Shown here piece by piece: positions 8,395 through 17,906 of a stretch of 32,000 nt of DNA (within the stretch, counting starts at the first letter, position 1; every line of letters starts with the position of its first letter). The position numbers were made by a program, and so were the translations under genes. Location: positions 1,620,001 to 1,652,000 of the forward strand of contig OZ257143.1 in NCBI GenBank assembly GCA_965279305.1, read 5' to 3'. The notes under the pieces were generated by a model that was given only the letters and a program-made list of their open reading frames with translations, was not told the origin of the DNA and did not search any database. Source of the stretch: Gammaproteobacteria bacterium. GTDB lineage: Bacteria > Pseudomonadota > Gammaproteobacteria > JBIOEC01.

Positions 8395-9783
8395 ATGAAC
8401 ACTTTTTATTTAAAAACATTTTTACGTTTCTGCGCCATTACTTTAGTATTGGCTTTAACCAGCACGGCTGTATATTTTGCGTTTTTTTATGAAAACCCTC
8501 ATGTGTTTCCTCACCGTTTATTATTCAAAAGTTACGCCTCTGCTGCCGTTTCTGTGTATGAAAATGGAGGAAAAGAGGCTTTTTCAGAATGGAATATGCA
8601 ATTAGAAGAAGATCGCAATATCCATATGTATCTTTTAAACAATGCTGGACAAGACGTTCTCGATCGCACATTGCCTAAATATGTTAAAGAAGCACTTAGT
8701 GAACGCAGTCTTACACAAGAAAACACCCCACCTTACTTTGTGGGCATTGCTAAAAAACGCCAAAAATATAATCTTATCTTCACCCCTATTGTTTCTCAGC
8801 AAGGGAATCATTATTTAGCGATTACTGATTTACCTCCTATAAAAAGAACGGCTGTTCATGCCATCTCTACCCCACAAAATTTAGGTCTACGTTTGTTGAC
8901 CGTGATTGTTATTGGTGGATTAATTACCGCGTGGATCACTTGGTATCTCACTCGTCCTGTTAATAAACTTCGTAGAGCCACTCAAGAATGGTCTACCGGT
9001 AATTTATCGGCTCGTATTGGTACCAATTTAGGAACACGCCAAGACGAAATTGCAGCTCTTGGACGTGATTTGGATCATATGGCAGAGCGTTTGCAAAACC
9101 TGATGCAAAATCAGCAACAATTATTGAGCGATATTTCGCATGAACTTCGCACTCCACTTGCTCGCTTACAAATTGCTTTAGGACTGGCGCGTCAACGTAC
9201 TAACGGGATGGCAGAAGCCGAGCTGGATCGCATTGAACGTGAGGCAGAACGTTTAAACGATATGATAGGCCAAATTTTATCGGTAGTTCGTTTAGAAGCC
9301 GCGACTCAAGTAGAAAATAAAGAAGAAACCGATGTTGTAGATTTATTGAATGCAATTACTAATAATGCACAATTTGAAAATAGCAGCACGCAAAAAACAG
9401 CCAGCATTCAAATAGCCAATGCCATTCCTAAAATCCAAGCCAATTCACAACTGATTTATAGCGCACTTGAAAATGTGATCCGCAATGCTTTTCGCTATAC
9501 GCCGCATAATACTAATATTGATATTCAAGTTAAATATTCATCATCCGATAAAGTGATCCATATTACCGTTCGCGATCAGGGTTCAGGTGTTCCAGAAGAT
9601 AAACTCAACCAAATTTTTGAGCCATTCTTCCGCGTAGCTCATGCTAGAGAGCGCGATACCGGTGGATATGGTCTTGGATTAGCTATTGTAAAGCGCGCTG
9701 TTGAGTTGCACGGCGGCAAAGTATCAGCTGAAAATGCAGCAGATGGCGGACTTAAAATTCACGTCACCTTGCCCATCCAATAA
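8395..9783 (+). CDS. cpxA: Sensor histidine kinase CpxA
   Basis: Two TM segments flank a periplasmic domain. HAMP region present. H-box 'DISHELRTPLARL', N-box 'ENVIRNAFRYTP', G-boxes 'RDQGSGV' and 'GGYGLGLAIV'. Starts 9 nt after cpxR. Confidence 0.85.
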   Translation: MNTFYLKTFLRFCAITLVLALTSTAVYFAFFYENPHVFPHRLLFKSYASAAVSVYENGGKEAFSEWNMQLEEDRNIHMYLLNNAGQDVLDRTLPKYVKEALSERSLTQENTPPYFVGIAKKRQKYNLIFTPIVSQQGNHYLAITDLPPIKRTAVHAISTPQNLGLRLLTVIVIGGLITAWITWYLTRPVNKLRRATQEWSTGNLSARIGTNLGTRQDEIAALGRDLDHMAERLQNLMQNQQQLLSDISHELRTPLARLQIALGLARQRTNGMAEAELDRIEREAERLNDMIGQILSVVRLEAATQVENKEETDVVDLLNAITNNAQFENSSTQKTASIQIANAIPKIQANSQLIYSALENVIRNAFRYTPHNTNIDIQVKYSSSDKVIHITVRDQGSGVPEDKLNQIFEPFFRVAHARERDTGGYGLGLAIVKRAVELHGGKVSAENAADGGLKIHVTLPIQ

Positions 9784-9786
9784 GCA

Positions 9787-11154
9787 TTATACTTCTTCGA
9801 TGACTTCCTTGAGTGCAGCGGCACGCTTAGATAAAAATAATCCGTACAAGGGAATACTGCTGAAGAATATCATGCAACCGTAGAATAATAATTCTTGGCC
9901 TGCGCTAAACACAGCCCACATCACGTAAACACCTGCCAACACAGCGACGACTACTTGCCAAACAGATTGCTCTTTAAAGCGGCGACGAGTAATCAGTAAC
10001 GACATTGCAGTATATAAATACGGAATTAAAGAAGACAATACAGCTAGCAAAATAATCAATTCAAATTGTTTTACCAAATGCTCATCAGCGGTTAAAAATA
10101 ATAAGCCCGTTATTAACATCGACGTAAAAATAAGCCCATATACAGGCACGCCGCGTTTATTACGTTTAGCAAAAAACTTAGGGAATAAATGATCTTTAGC
10201 AGCGGCCATAGGCACTTGCGCTTGCAATAATACCCAACCATTTAAACAACCAAAACAAGAAATAATAGCACCGGCTGCAATAATCCAACGGCCCCATCCA
10301 CCTGAATCAAAACCTACTGTATTAAAATGTCCTAAAATAACGGCAGCAGCATCAGCATAAGGCGACGTGCTGGCTTGTAATTCTGCATTAGGGATAATAC
10401 CAATAATCGCTATTGAGCCTGCAATATAAATAACAGCGGCAATGGAAATACCAAAAATAGTAGCACGAGGAATATTTTTTCTAGGGTTTTCTACGGAATC
10501 AGCCGGTACGGTAGCCGATTCTAATCCAATAAACGCCCATAGAGTTAACGTAGCTGCCAAGCTTATAGCTGAATAATCTGACATTACCGGATCATGCGTA
10601 ACGTTAACGCTTTCGAAAAAATGTTCAGGATTAATAAAAAACCAACCAAAAATAGCGACTAAGCCTAAAGGAATAATTTTTAATACTGTCGTTACGAGCT
10701 GAACCATACCGGCTTCACGAACACCCGCAGCATTAATTAGCGTAAGCAACCAGACCGTTCCAATAGCAATCGCTAAGCGCAAAGGAATATTACCTTCGAG
10801 TACCGGAAAAAATACCTGTAAATAACCTACCATCGCAACTACAATAGCAGCGTTACCAATCCATAGTTGGATCCAATAACAATAAGCGGTTTGAAAACCA
10901 ATAAATTGTCCAAAGCCCGCATGAGCATAAGCGTATGGCCCGCCGGTTTGAGGTAAAACGCGACTTAAATAAACAAACACCATACCCAGCATAAAAGCGC
11001 CGGTGGTGGTGAAAAACCAAGAGACCAAGCTAATGCTGCCAATACTGGCCAAACTCGCTGGCAATAAGAAAACCCCAGAGCCAATCATATTACCTGCTAC
11101 CAAAGCAGTTAACATCCAAATACCTAGCTTACGGTCAGCTTTTACTACGGCCAT
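9787..11154 (-). CDS. APC-superfamily amino acid permease (basic amino acid/polyamine antiporter-like)
   Basis: About 12 predicted TM segments. N-terminal signature 'LGIWMLTALVAGNMIGSGVFLLPASLA' resembles the AdiC/PotE/CadB group. No decarboxylase partner nearby, so the substrate is unknown. Confidence 0.8.
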   Translation of the reverse strand: MAVVKADRKLGIWMLTALVAGNMIGSGVFLLPASLASIGSISLVSWFFTTTGAFMLGMVFVYLSRVLPQTGGPYAYAHAGFGQFIGFQTAYCYWIQLWIGNAAIVVAMVGYLQVFFPVLEGNIPLRLAIAIGTVWLLTLINAAGVREAGMVQLVTTVLKIIPLGLVAIFGWFFINPEHFFESVNVTHDPVMSDYSAISLAATLTLWAFIGLESATVPADSVENPRKNIPRATIFGISIAAVIYIAGSIAIIGIIPNAELQASTSPYADAAAVILGHFNTVGFDSGGWGRWIIAAGAIISCFGCLNGWVLLQAQVPMAAAKDHLFPKFFAKRNKRGVPVYGLIFTSMLITGLLFLTADEHLVKQFELIILLAVLSSLIPYLYTAMSLLITRRRFKEQSVWQVVVAVLAGVYVMWAVFSAGQELLFYGCMIFFSSIPLYGLFLSKRAAALKEVIEEV

Positions 11155-11222
11155 GGGATTTTCCTTATATAAGTCAGAAGAAATTGGAGTATAGCAGGTT
11201 TAGAAACCACTTGAAAAATGAG

Positions 11223-12020
11223 TTATAAAACTTTGTGATAAATGGGTTTGGGTAGAATAAAAGGTTTTTTTGAGCCTTCAATGGTTTGCAAACTTACAGG
11301 CAAATTAAATATTTTTTGGATATTGTCAGCCGTTAAAATAGTTTCAGGAATGCCATTGCCTTCTTCTTTTCCTTCATCTAATAAAATCACTCGATCGGCA
11401 TATTGCATGGCTAAATTCAGATCGTGAACCGTTAAAATAATGCCTATATTTTTTGAAGCCAGCTCACGTAAATAACGAAGCAACATATGCTGATGCGCTA
11501 AATCCAGCGCTGAAATAGGCTCATCCAATAACAAATATTTTGGAGAATTATCATGAGAGGATAATTGAGCAAAAATCCTGGCCAGCTGCACGCGTTGTTG
11601 CTCACCACCCGACAACTCAGAATAAAATTTGCTTTCAGAGCCATTCATATCCATTTTAGCTAAGCATTCTTTTGCTATTCGTTCATTTTCAGCATGAGTA
11701 CTATCATGAGGAGTACGGCCTAGCAACACTACTTCTAATACCGACAGCGGAAAAGGAATATCGCTTTTTTGCGGCAACACGGCTAATTGCAAAGCACGTT
11801 CATTAAGAGAATAGTCTTTTAATAGTTTTCCATTTAACAATATTTGCGCATCCGCGTGTGCTGATATTAAATCGCCACATAAAGTATTTAATAAAGTGGA
11901 TTTACCTGCCCCATTAGGCCCAAGCAATATCAATAGTTCGCTAGGCTTTACGGCTACTTTATCTATTTCTAGCACAATGCGATTTTTTCGTTTGATTTGA
12001 ATATGATGTGCTTCTAACAT
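11223..12020 (-). CDS. hmuV: Heme ABC transporter ATP-binding protein
   Basis: Walker A 'GPNGAGKS', signature 'LSGGEQQR', Walker B 'LLLDEPISALD'. Shares a 1-nt TAATG overlap with the upstream FecCD permease. Sits in a heme-locus context. Confidence 0.88.
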   Translation of the reverse strand: MLEAHHIQIKRKNRIVLEIDKVAVKPSELLILLGPNGAGKSTLLNTLCGDLISAHADAQILLNGKLLKDYSLNERALQLAVLPQKSDIPFPLSVLEVVLLGRTPHDSTHAENERIAKECLAKMDMNGSESKFYSELSGGEQQRVQLARIFAQLSSHDNSPKYLLLDEPISALDLAHQHMLLRYLRELASKNIGIILTVHDLNLAMQYADRVILLDEGKEEGNGIPETILTADNIQKIFNLPVSLQTIEGSKKPFILPKPIYHKVL

Positions 12021-13012
12021 TATTTTTGCCTCATAATTAATGCTAGAAAAAACGGCGCGCCTAATAGTGCGGTGATAATACCAATAGGAAGCTCAGCAGG
12101 AGCAAACCAGGTACGAGCACCTATATCGGCTAACATCAATAAACAACCGCCTAATAAACCTGAAGCAGGCAATAAATAACGATGATCCGTACCTATACTC
12201 ATTCTAATAATATGCGGCACCACTAATCCTACAAAACCAATAATGCCGGCTACTGCAACAGTAGCAGCTACCGCTAAAGCGCTGGCTAATAAAATAATAT
12301 TTTTCGTTTTTTCTACCGCGATACCTAGATGGCGTGCTTCTGTTTCACCTAATAGTAATGCATTTAAAGCTCGTGAAAAAAATGGCAAAGTAATCAACAC
12401 AGGCAAAACAAATAAAGTAAGCAATCCTAAAGATGACCAAGTAGTATGAGCCAAACTACCTAACATCCAAAAAGTGAGTGAGCGCAAAGTGGTTTCAGTG
12501 GCAATATAACTGAGCAATCCAATACCACTCATCGCTAACGCATTGATGGCAATTCCTACTAATAATACTGCGCCTAATGATAAACGATTTTGGGCAGTAC
12601 TTAATCGCATTACAATAATAGTGGCAATAACACCACCGACAAAAGCAGATAAGGCCACAAAAAAAGACATCCACTGCCCTAAATACAAAAATAAATGTGC
12701 ACCTAACACCAAAAGAGTAGCAGCACCTAATGCCGCACCACTAGATACACCTATTAGACTAGGATCCGCCAAGGGGTTTCTAAATAAGGTTTGTAATACC
12801 GCACCACTCATTCCAAGTGCAGCACCTACTAACAATGCCAGTAATGCTCTAGGTAAACGTAATTCGGTTAGCACATATAAATCGGTAGGTGATAAAGGGG
12901 AAAACGAAATATGGCTGGCGCCTATTAATAATGAAGCACCTAAAATCGCTAATGACAAAAATAATAAAGCCAGTAAAAAACGGCTAGGCTTAATGAGCAT
13001 TATCTCCGCCAT
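12020..13012 (-). CDS. hmuU: Heme ABC transporter permease (FecCD family)
   Basis: Polytopic FecCD/BtuC-type permease ('LRLPRALLALLVGAALGMSGAVLQTLFRNPLADPSLIG'). The start may instead be the internal Met at 13000. Confidence 0.88.
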   Translation of the reverse strand: MAEIMLIKPSRFLLALLFLSLAILGASLLIGASHISFSPLSPTDLYVLTELRLPRALLALLVGAALGMSGAVLQTLFRNPLADPSLIGVSSGAALGAATLLVLGAHLFLYLGQWMSFFVALSAFVGGVIATIIVMRLSTAQNRLSLGAVLLVGIAINALAMSGIGLLSYIATETTLRSLTFWMLGSLAHTTWSSLGLLTLFVLPVLITLPFFSRALNALLLGETEARHLGIAVEKTKNIILLASALAVAATVAVAGIIGFVGLVVPHIIRMSIGTDHRYLLPASGLLGGCLLMLADIGARTWFAPAELPIGIITALLGAPFFLALIMRQK

Positions 13013-13847
13013 ATAGTTTGTCAGTTAAAGCCAGTGCTGCTTCTCCTGTACGTGGGCCAAAATTGAGTAAAAAGCCCATATCCATGGCAATTAGATTTTT
13101 TTCTTTAGCGGCATTGGTTTTTTGAAGACCAGGCATTCTCCAAAGTGCATCTACACCACCTATAGCAGCTAAACCATCATCCGTAGTTAAAATAACATCT
13201 GGGTTTAACTCTTGAATAGCTTCTGGTGTTAACACTCTATAACTTTCAAATTCAGTTACAACATTTTGTGCGCCAGCTAAAGTGATCATAGCGTCGGCTT
13301 CCGTATTTTTACCGGCTGTCATCGGTGGACGGCCTGGTACGGCTAATAAAAATAATACTTTTTTAGGCGTGCTATTTTTTTGTTTTTCTTTGGCCAATTT
13401 TAAATCATCTTGAACCGTATTCCACAATGGTGCTGCTTTTTCAGGATTACCCAATATGGCCGCAATTTCGTTAATGCGTAGTTTTACGGTTTCAATAGTA
13501 GGCGCCGAAGGTAAACGCACTACATCAACACCTGCTTTTTCAATTTGTTTTAACACAGGCTCAGGTCCTGCTGCTGATGTTACTATTAAAATATCCGGCT
13601 TTAAACTTAAAATGCCTTCCGCCGCTAAGGTACGTTGATACCCTACTTGAGGCAATTCTTTTACTTGCGCAGGCCAGGTACTGCTAATATCTACACCCAC
13701 TACGTTTTTTTGACCACCCAAAGCAAAAATGGTTTCTGTAGCGCCACCGCCTACTGACACAATGCGCCCTTGATTTCCATTAGCATTTGCGTTTACCAGA
13801 AGTGGTAAAAAAACGAAAATTGTTAATATCAGCTTTTTAATGTTCAT
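12990..13847 (-). CDS. hmuT: Periplasmic hemin-binding protein
   Basis: Signal peptide 'MNIKKLILTIFVFLPLLVNANA'. HmuT-type core 'RIVSVGGGATETIFALGG...VVGVD'. I prefer the ATG at 13847, which is preceded by GAGGGGA, over the GTG at 13865 used in the ORF track. Confidence 0.85.
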   Translation of the reverse strand: MNIKKLILTIFVFLPLLVNANANGNQGRIVSVGGGATETIFALGGQKNVVGVDISSTWPAQVKELPQVGYQRTLAAEGILSLKPDILIVTSAAGPEPVLKQIEKAGVDVVRLPSAPTIETVKLRINEIAAILGNPEKAAPLWNTVQDDLKLAKEKQKNSTPKKVLFLLAVPGRPPMTAGKNTEADAMITLAGAQNVVTEFESYRVLTPEAIQELNPDVILTTDDGLAAIGGVDALWRMPGLQKTNAAKEKNLIAMDMGFLLNFGPRTGEAALALTDKLYGGDNAH

Positions 13848-13889
13848 AATATGTCTTCCCCTCACCCGCTCAGCCCTCTGGGCTTCACG

Positions 13890-13912
13890 ACCTCTCCCAC
13901 AAGGGGAGAGGT
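13890..13912. other. GC-rich 9-bp hairpin (ACCTCTCCC-ACAAG-GGGAGAGGT) between hmuS and hmuT, followed by a T7 run on the plus strand only
   Basis: Perfect inverted repeat read from the sequence. The T-run at 13915-13921 overlaps the hmuS stop codon. The flanking genes are on the minus strand. Confidence 0.6.
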
Positions 13913-13919
13913 GATTTTT

Positions 13920-15029
13920 TTATTTTACCAAACTTTCGGCCAAAGCGCGCCAGGTTAAATCTTCTGGAATGCCAGGCTTACGTTTACCAAAAAATGTAAC
14001 AATAAGCTCTTGAGCTTTATCATACAACTCTAAAGAGGTCACTATACCATCCACAGTGGGTTTTCTTACTATCCAAGCATGAGCAACCTGATCTTGACGA
14101 AGATGTAAGTTGAATTCTTTATCTAAAATATTAAACCATCCTGGGATTAGTTTAGTATTTTTTATCTCGCCCGTGTGAATTTGTAGAATATTACCATTCC
14201 CTACAAACACCATTAGTGGCAAGTCAGTTTGAGCAGCATGTTCAAGAATAGTTTGAGTACTGTTAATGTCCACTTCTTGAGCCCATTCTGAACCACCTAA
14301 TCGTAAAGCTTGCTCACGACCTACTTTAAATTTTCTCAAAAGATGATAAAAATCATGGGTATCTTTTAAATTAGCCCATTCTTCTTTTAAGCCTTTTACA
14401 TCAATCTCATTGTCAGAAAGCAAAGGCGCAGGTATGTTTATGGCTTCTACCAAATGCAAAGGGTTTTGATTGGTATCTTTATAGTCTTTAACCAATTGCT
14501 CATAGGCTGCTTTATTGCTTTGATCGGTTAAAAATATTTTTTGAATAGCGGTTCCATTTTTATCAAAAATTTGTAAACTCAAACGTGTTTTACCTTCGGG
14601 TAATGCATCGGACACTGCAAAAATAGAATCCCAACGATATAAAAAAATACGAAGTTCAATGCTGTCATTAGCTACCACTCCAATTTTTTCACCTGGGCCT
14701 TCAAAAGTAATATGGGCATATTCCCCTTTTCTTTCATGCACAATACTCTCATTCCGAACCAATGACATAATATAGCCTAATTCTGGTAGGCGTTTGATTA
14801 ATTCATGCCAATCAACTTTTAAACGGGTAACACCTTGTCCGCAACGACTTGCTATCAATTGAGCTTCCGAAACGCCTAGTTGTTTAGCAGCATCGCGCGC
14901 ACGCAAAGGCCCAAAGCCGTCTTTAGCGACTTTGTGTTCAGTTTGTAGTTGTTGCCAAGCGGCTAATAAAGTCGCAGGATTTTCGGCTAGTTGAATAATG
15001 TTTTCGGCGTGCATATTATTTCTCCGCAA
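13920..15029 (-). CDS. hmuS: Hemin-degrading/heme-trafficking protein (HemS/ChuS/HmuS family)
   Basis: About 370 aa with a two-repeat architecture. Position between the receptor/TonB genes and hmuTUV matches Yersinia hmu/hem loci. The family call is based on size, context and general resemblance. Confidence 0.8.
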   Translation of the reverse strand: MRRNNMHAENIIQLAENPATLLAAWQQLQTEHKVAKDGFGPLRARDAAKQLGVSEAQLIASRCGQGVTRLKVDWHELIKRLPELGYIMSLVRNESIVHERKGEYAHITFEGPGEKIGVVANDSIELRIFLYRWDSIFAVSDALPEGKTRLSLQIFDKNGTAIQKIFLTDQSNKAAYEQLVKDYKDTNQNPLHLVEAINIPAPLLSDNEIDVKGLKEEWANLKDTHDFYHLLRKFKVGREQALRLGGSEWAQEVDINSTQTILEHAAQTDLPLMVFVGNGNILQIHTGEIKNTKLIPGWFNILDKEFNLHLRQDQVAHAWIVRKPTVDGIVTSLELYDKAQELIVTFFGKRKPGIPEDLTWRALAESLVK

Positions 15030-15040
15030 TGTTATTTAAG

Positions 15041-15760
15041 TTAGGTTAATTCAAATTTTACAGGCACTTGAAAAGCGGCTCTTACCGCTTGCCCGTTTAT
15101 TTCATGTGGCATTATTTCCCATTTCATAGCAGCTCTCACAGCCGCTTGATCCAACAATGCGTATCCGGACGATTGTCGTATATCGACATCAGCAGTACGA
15201 CCATTGGGTTCAACCGTAATATCAATAATGACTACACCTTCTTGTCGTCTACGTTGGGCAAGTGCGGGATATTCAGGCGGTTGCGGTGTTACTCGATAGC
15301 GAGGCTCAGACATTACAGTAACCGTTTGGCTTAAACCGACTACTTCACTTTTCTCAGTAACACTAGCATTGGCATTAGCGAGTCCATTCCCTGCTTGATC
15401 GATACTTTTATTTTCTTTAGTTTTAATTTGATCAGATTGTTTAATTGTTTTATTTTCACTAGCACTACTGTCTATAATCGCTTTTTGCTCTGCTACTTTT
15501 TCTTGTTTTTTTATGGAAGCTTTTTGTGTGGTTTCCGTAATTAATTTTATATGTACAGGCAAGGCTAAACTTCCGCTGTTCATAGTAATTGATTGAGGTG
15601 CAGGAGAAAAAGCAGAATACACAAAAAATCCCATGACAAGAATGACATGAAATCCAATAGATAAACCCACAGCTAACATAAATCGACGCCAGTATTTCTC
15701 TGGATCAACTGTCAACCATAAAGTATTAGAATGTGTAGCTAACGGACAGCCTAACATCAA
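15041..15760 (-). CDS. tonB: TonB-family energy transducer (start uncertain: TTG at 15760 or ATG at 15757)
   Basis: 'WRRF' followed by a TM segment with the S-x3-H motif ('SIGFHVILVMGFFVYS'). C-terminal TonB domain 'PEYPALAQRRRQEGVVIIDITVEPNGRTADVDIRQSSGYALLDQAAVRAAMKW'. The 5' end overlaps the receptor gene's 3' end by about 32-35 nt. Confidence 0.82.
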   Translation of the reverse strand: MMLGCPLATHSNTLWLTVDPEKYWRRFMLAVGLSIGFHVILVMGFFVYSAFSPAPQSITMNSGSLALPVHIKLITETTQKASIKKQEKVAEQKAIIDSSASENKTIKQSDQIKTKENKSIDQAGNGLANANASVTEKSEVVGLSQTVTVMSEPRYRVTPQPPEYPALAQRRRQEGVVIIDITVEPNGRTADVDIRQSSGYALLDQAAVRAAMKWEIMPHEINGQAVRAAFQVPVKFELT

Positions 15761-17867
15761 TCCCCTCTTCCGGCAGCAAGCTGCTGGTACTTTGATAATA
15801 ATATTGATCAGTAATATTGTTTACCGTCAAATCCACACGAAAATCATCCCAGCCTGGCGATTTAGGTTCCCATGCCGCATACCAATCTAACGTGGTATAA
15901 CCAGGAATAGGACAAGCATTAGCAGGTACAGGTGAATCAGGATCACAATTTTGAGGCTGGCTCACTTTATCTTGTGACCACGCATTCGTTAAACGAACAC
16001 CACTTAAAAAAGTGTCTTCATAAAAATAACGACCTACATTTAATATAATACGCTCAGGTGGAATATCGTCTAAATATTCAGTTTGCTCTTGATCTAAAAA
16101 ATCGCTGGTAATCGGATCTTCATTAATACCTTTTACATATCCATAACCAATGGATGCATACCAATCTTGTATACGATAAGTGGTATCCGCTTCAAAACCG
16201 GTTAAACGTGCATTAGGCACGTTTTCATAAATCGTTTGTGAATTAATACCTCTTGTTTGCTGTATTTGTTGTTGAATTAAATTTTGAACATCGTTACGGA
16301 AAATACTTAAACGAATTCGTAATTCATCTTCGCAATTTTTGAGTAAATCACTAAAAGAAAACCGCGCACTGAGTTCTTTATTACGTGCTTTTTCAGGCTG
16401 TAAATCAGGGTTGGGTGCAAATGTATTGGTTGGAAAATGATATCCAGAAGGATATAACTCATCAATAGCAGGTGCACGAAATGCTTCATCATAAATTGCG
16501 TGCAAGCTCATCCATTCTGTGGTTTGCCACGATAATGTGACAGAGCTTGAAACCTCACCTTCGTCTGTAGAAGAAATGGGTACGGTTTGAGGTGGTGTGC
16601 CTGTAACCACACTATTTTGGCTAGGATCATTATTAAAATGATCGTAACGAATACCAGGCGTTATACTCCATACTTCCCAAAATGGCACTTCTGCTTGAAT
16701 ATAGCTTGCCCATACATCGGTATGTGCATCAGGAAATTGTGTACGTTCTTCTCCATTACGTTCGCCTGTGGTTTTATCTTGATACACTTCGCCACCATAC
16801 GTTAATGTGGTGAACGTAAAATAAGAAGAATTGCGTGCGTTCCAACCTGTTGTTTGATATTCAGTCACGTCACGTCTGTCAGCACCACCTGCCGTATCAG
16901 AACATTCACCTAAACAATCATCGGTTACTTGTGTATCGTTATAATAAAGCGTACTCGTTATATCTAACCAATCATTATTCGGATCTTCGTATTCGTAAGT
17001 AGCATTCCAATTTTGCTGATAAATATTTTGTTTTACTAAAGGATTTTCCCCCGCATCAGCATTTTGACGCGGATCAGAAGGTACATCTTGAAAAGCATCA
17101 AATGCCACATAGCTCACACGTAATGTTTGATGATCAGCAAAATGAGAAACCCATTTTGCCATTCCAGAACGATCCCAATAAGCAGAGTCAGGAATAGTTT
17201 GATGATCACCGGCCGTAATATCGTGTGTATTACGATAAGTAAAATTCATTAACACTTCATTGTTTTCATCTAATTTGCCGTAAACTGAATCACTGGTATA
17301 CAACAAATCATCAGCACTGCCGGTACCGGCTTTTACTTTTGCTCCTACGGTTCGGCCTTCTTTTAATAAATCGCTAGGATCGATAGTAGTCATGTTTACC
17401 ACACCACCAATCGCCCCACTTCCCCATAGAGAACTACCAGGACCTCTGAGCACTTCGATTTCTTTTAATAATTCAGGTTCAACGAAAAAAGAACCTTGAT
17501 GACCATTTTGAAAATTTTGGCGGGCGTTATCTAATACTTGCAGCACTTCTTTGCCGCTTAAACCACGAATATTAATTTGCTGAGATAATTGTCTAGGCCC
17601 TTGGTTAACGTTCACGTTAGTGAGCTCCTTCACGCCTTCGGCTACGCTTTCGGGTTGCTGAATATCGAGCTGCTCTTGATCGACTTTATCGATAGACTTA
17701 TCAGTTTTAAATGCATCTTCTTGGGTTTGAGTGGCGGTAACCACTACCGTATCCATATTAATAATGGGTAAATCATCGCCTGTTGGCTCTGCACGAGCTT
17801 GCGGTAATAAAGCTGCCGATGCCAACACACTAATGGCGGCCATTAAGATCCGAGGCCTACTGCTCAT
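15726..17867 (-). CDS. hmuR: TonB-dependent outer-membrane heme/hemoglobin receptor
   Basis: Signal peptide ending 'PQARA/EP'. TonB box 'DTVVVTAT'. Plug-domain motifs present. Heme-receptor FRAP box ('DEAFRAPAIDELY') and NPNL-like box ('FAPNPDL') with a His between them. Terminal aromatic residue ('SVSYTF'). Confidence 0.9.
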   Translation of the reverse strand: MSSRPRILMAAISVLASAALLPQARAEPTGDDLPIINMDTVVVTATQTQEDAFKTDKSIDKVDQEQLDIQQPESVAEGVKELTNVNVNQGPRQLSQQINIRGLSGKEVLQVLDNARQNFQNGHQGSFFVEPELLKEIEVLRGPGSSLWGSGAIGGVVNMTTIDPSDLLKEGRTVGAKVKAGTGSADDLLYTSDSVYGKLDENNEVLMNFTYRNTHDITAGDHQTIPDSAYWDRSGMAKWVSHFADHQTLRVSYVAFDAFQDVPSDPRQNADAGENPLVKQNIYQQNWNATYEYEDPNNDWLDITSTLYYNDTQVTDDCLGECSDTAGGADRRDVTEYQTTGWNARNSSYFTFTTLTYGGEVYQDKTTGERNGEERTQFPDAHTDVWASYIQAEVPFWEVWSITPGIRYDHFNNDPSQNSVVTGTPPQTVPISSTDEGEVSSSVTLSWQTTEWMSLHAIYDEAFRAPAIDELYPSGYHFPTNTFAPNPDLQPEKARNKELSARFSFSDLLKNCEDELRIRLSIFRNDVQNLIQQQIQQTRGINSQTIYENVPNARLTGFEADTTYRIQDWYASIGYGYVKGINEDPITSDFLDQEQTEYLDDIPPERIILNVGRYFYEDTFLSGVRLTNAWSQDKVSQPQNCDPDSPVPANACPIPGYTTLDWYAAWEPKSPGWDDFRVDLTVNNITDQYYYQSTSSLLPEEGIDVRLSVSYTF

Positions 17868-17906
17868 GCTTCTTATCTCCAGACTTCTGAACTATCCTAC
17901 ATGTCT

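Noticed and set aside
12543-13016. A 157-aa plus-strand ORF antisense to hmuU. Many other 60-95-aa ORFs in the track are of the same kind: 864-1049, 1529-1759, 5021-5296, 5663-5893, 6023-6229, 7986-8255, 8532-8726, 9701-9883, 11003-11194, 11242-11427, 12243-12449, 13456-13638, 15068-15334, 16307-16492, 16587-16805, 17589-17771, 17731-17913, 19836-20123, 23309-23536, 24338-24613, 24737-24925, 26012-26266, 27485-27688 and 30942-31154.
   Set aside because: Each lies wholly or almost wholly inside, and mostly antisense to, a longer gene with clear family motifs. Their translations are low-complexity (runs of A/K/N/S/I) with no recognisable motifs, Shine-Dalgarno sequences or signal sequences. They are typical shadow ORFs.
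15726-15760. The 35-nt overlap between the hmuR 3' end and the tonB 5' end, considered as a possible frameshift or pseudogene junction.
   Set aside because: Both reading frames are intact with complete domains. The receptor ends with the expected terminal aromatic residue, and TonB keeps its RRF/S-x3-H anchor. The overlap is more simply explained by an uncertain TonB start (TTG at 15760, ATG at 15757) and compact operon packing.
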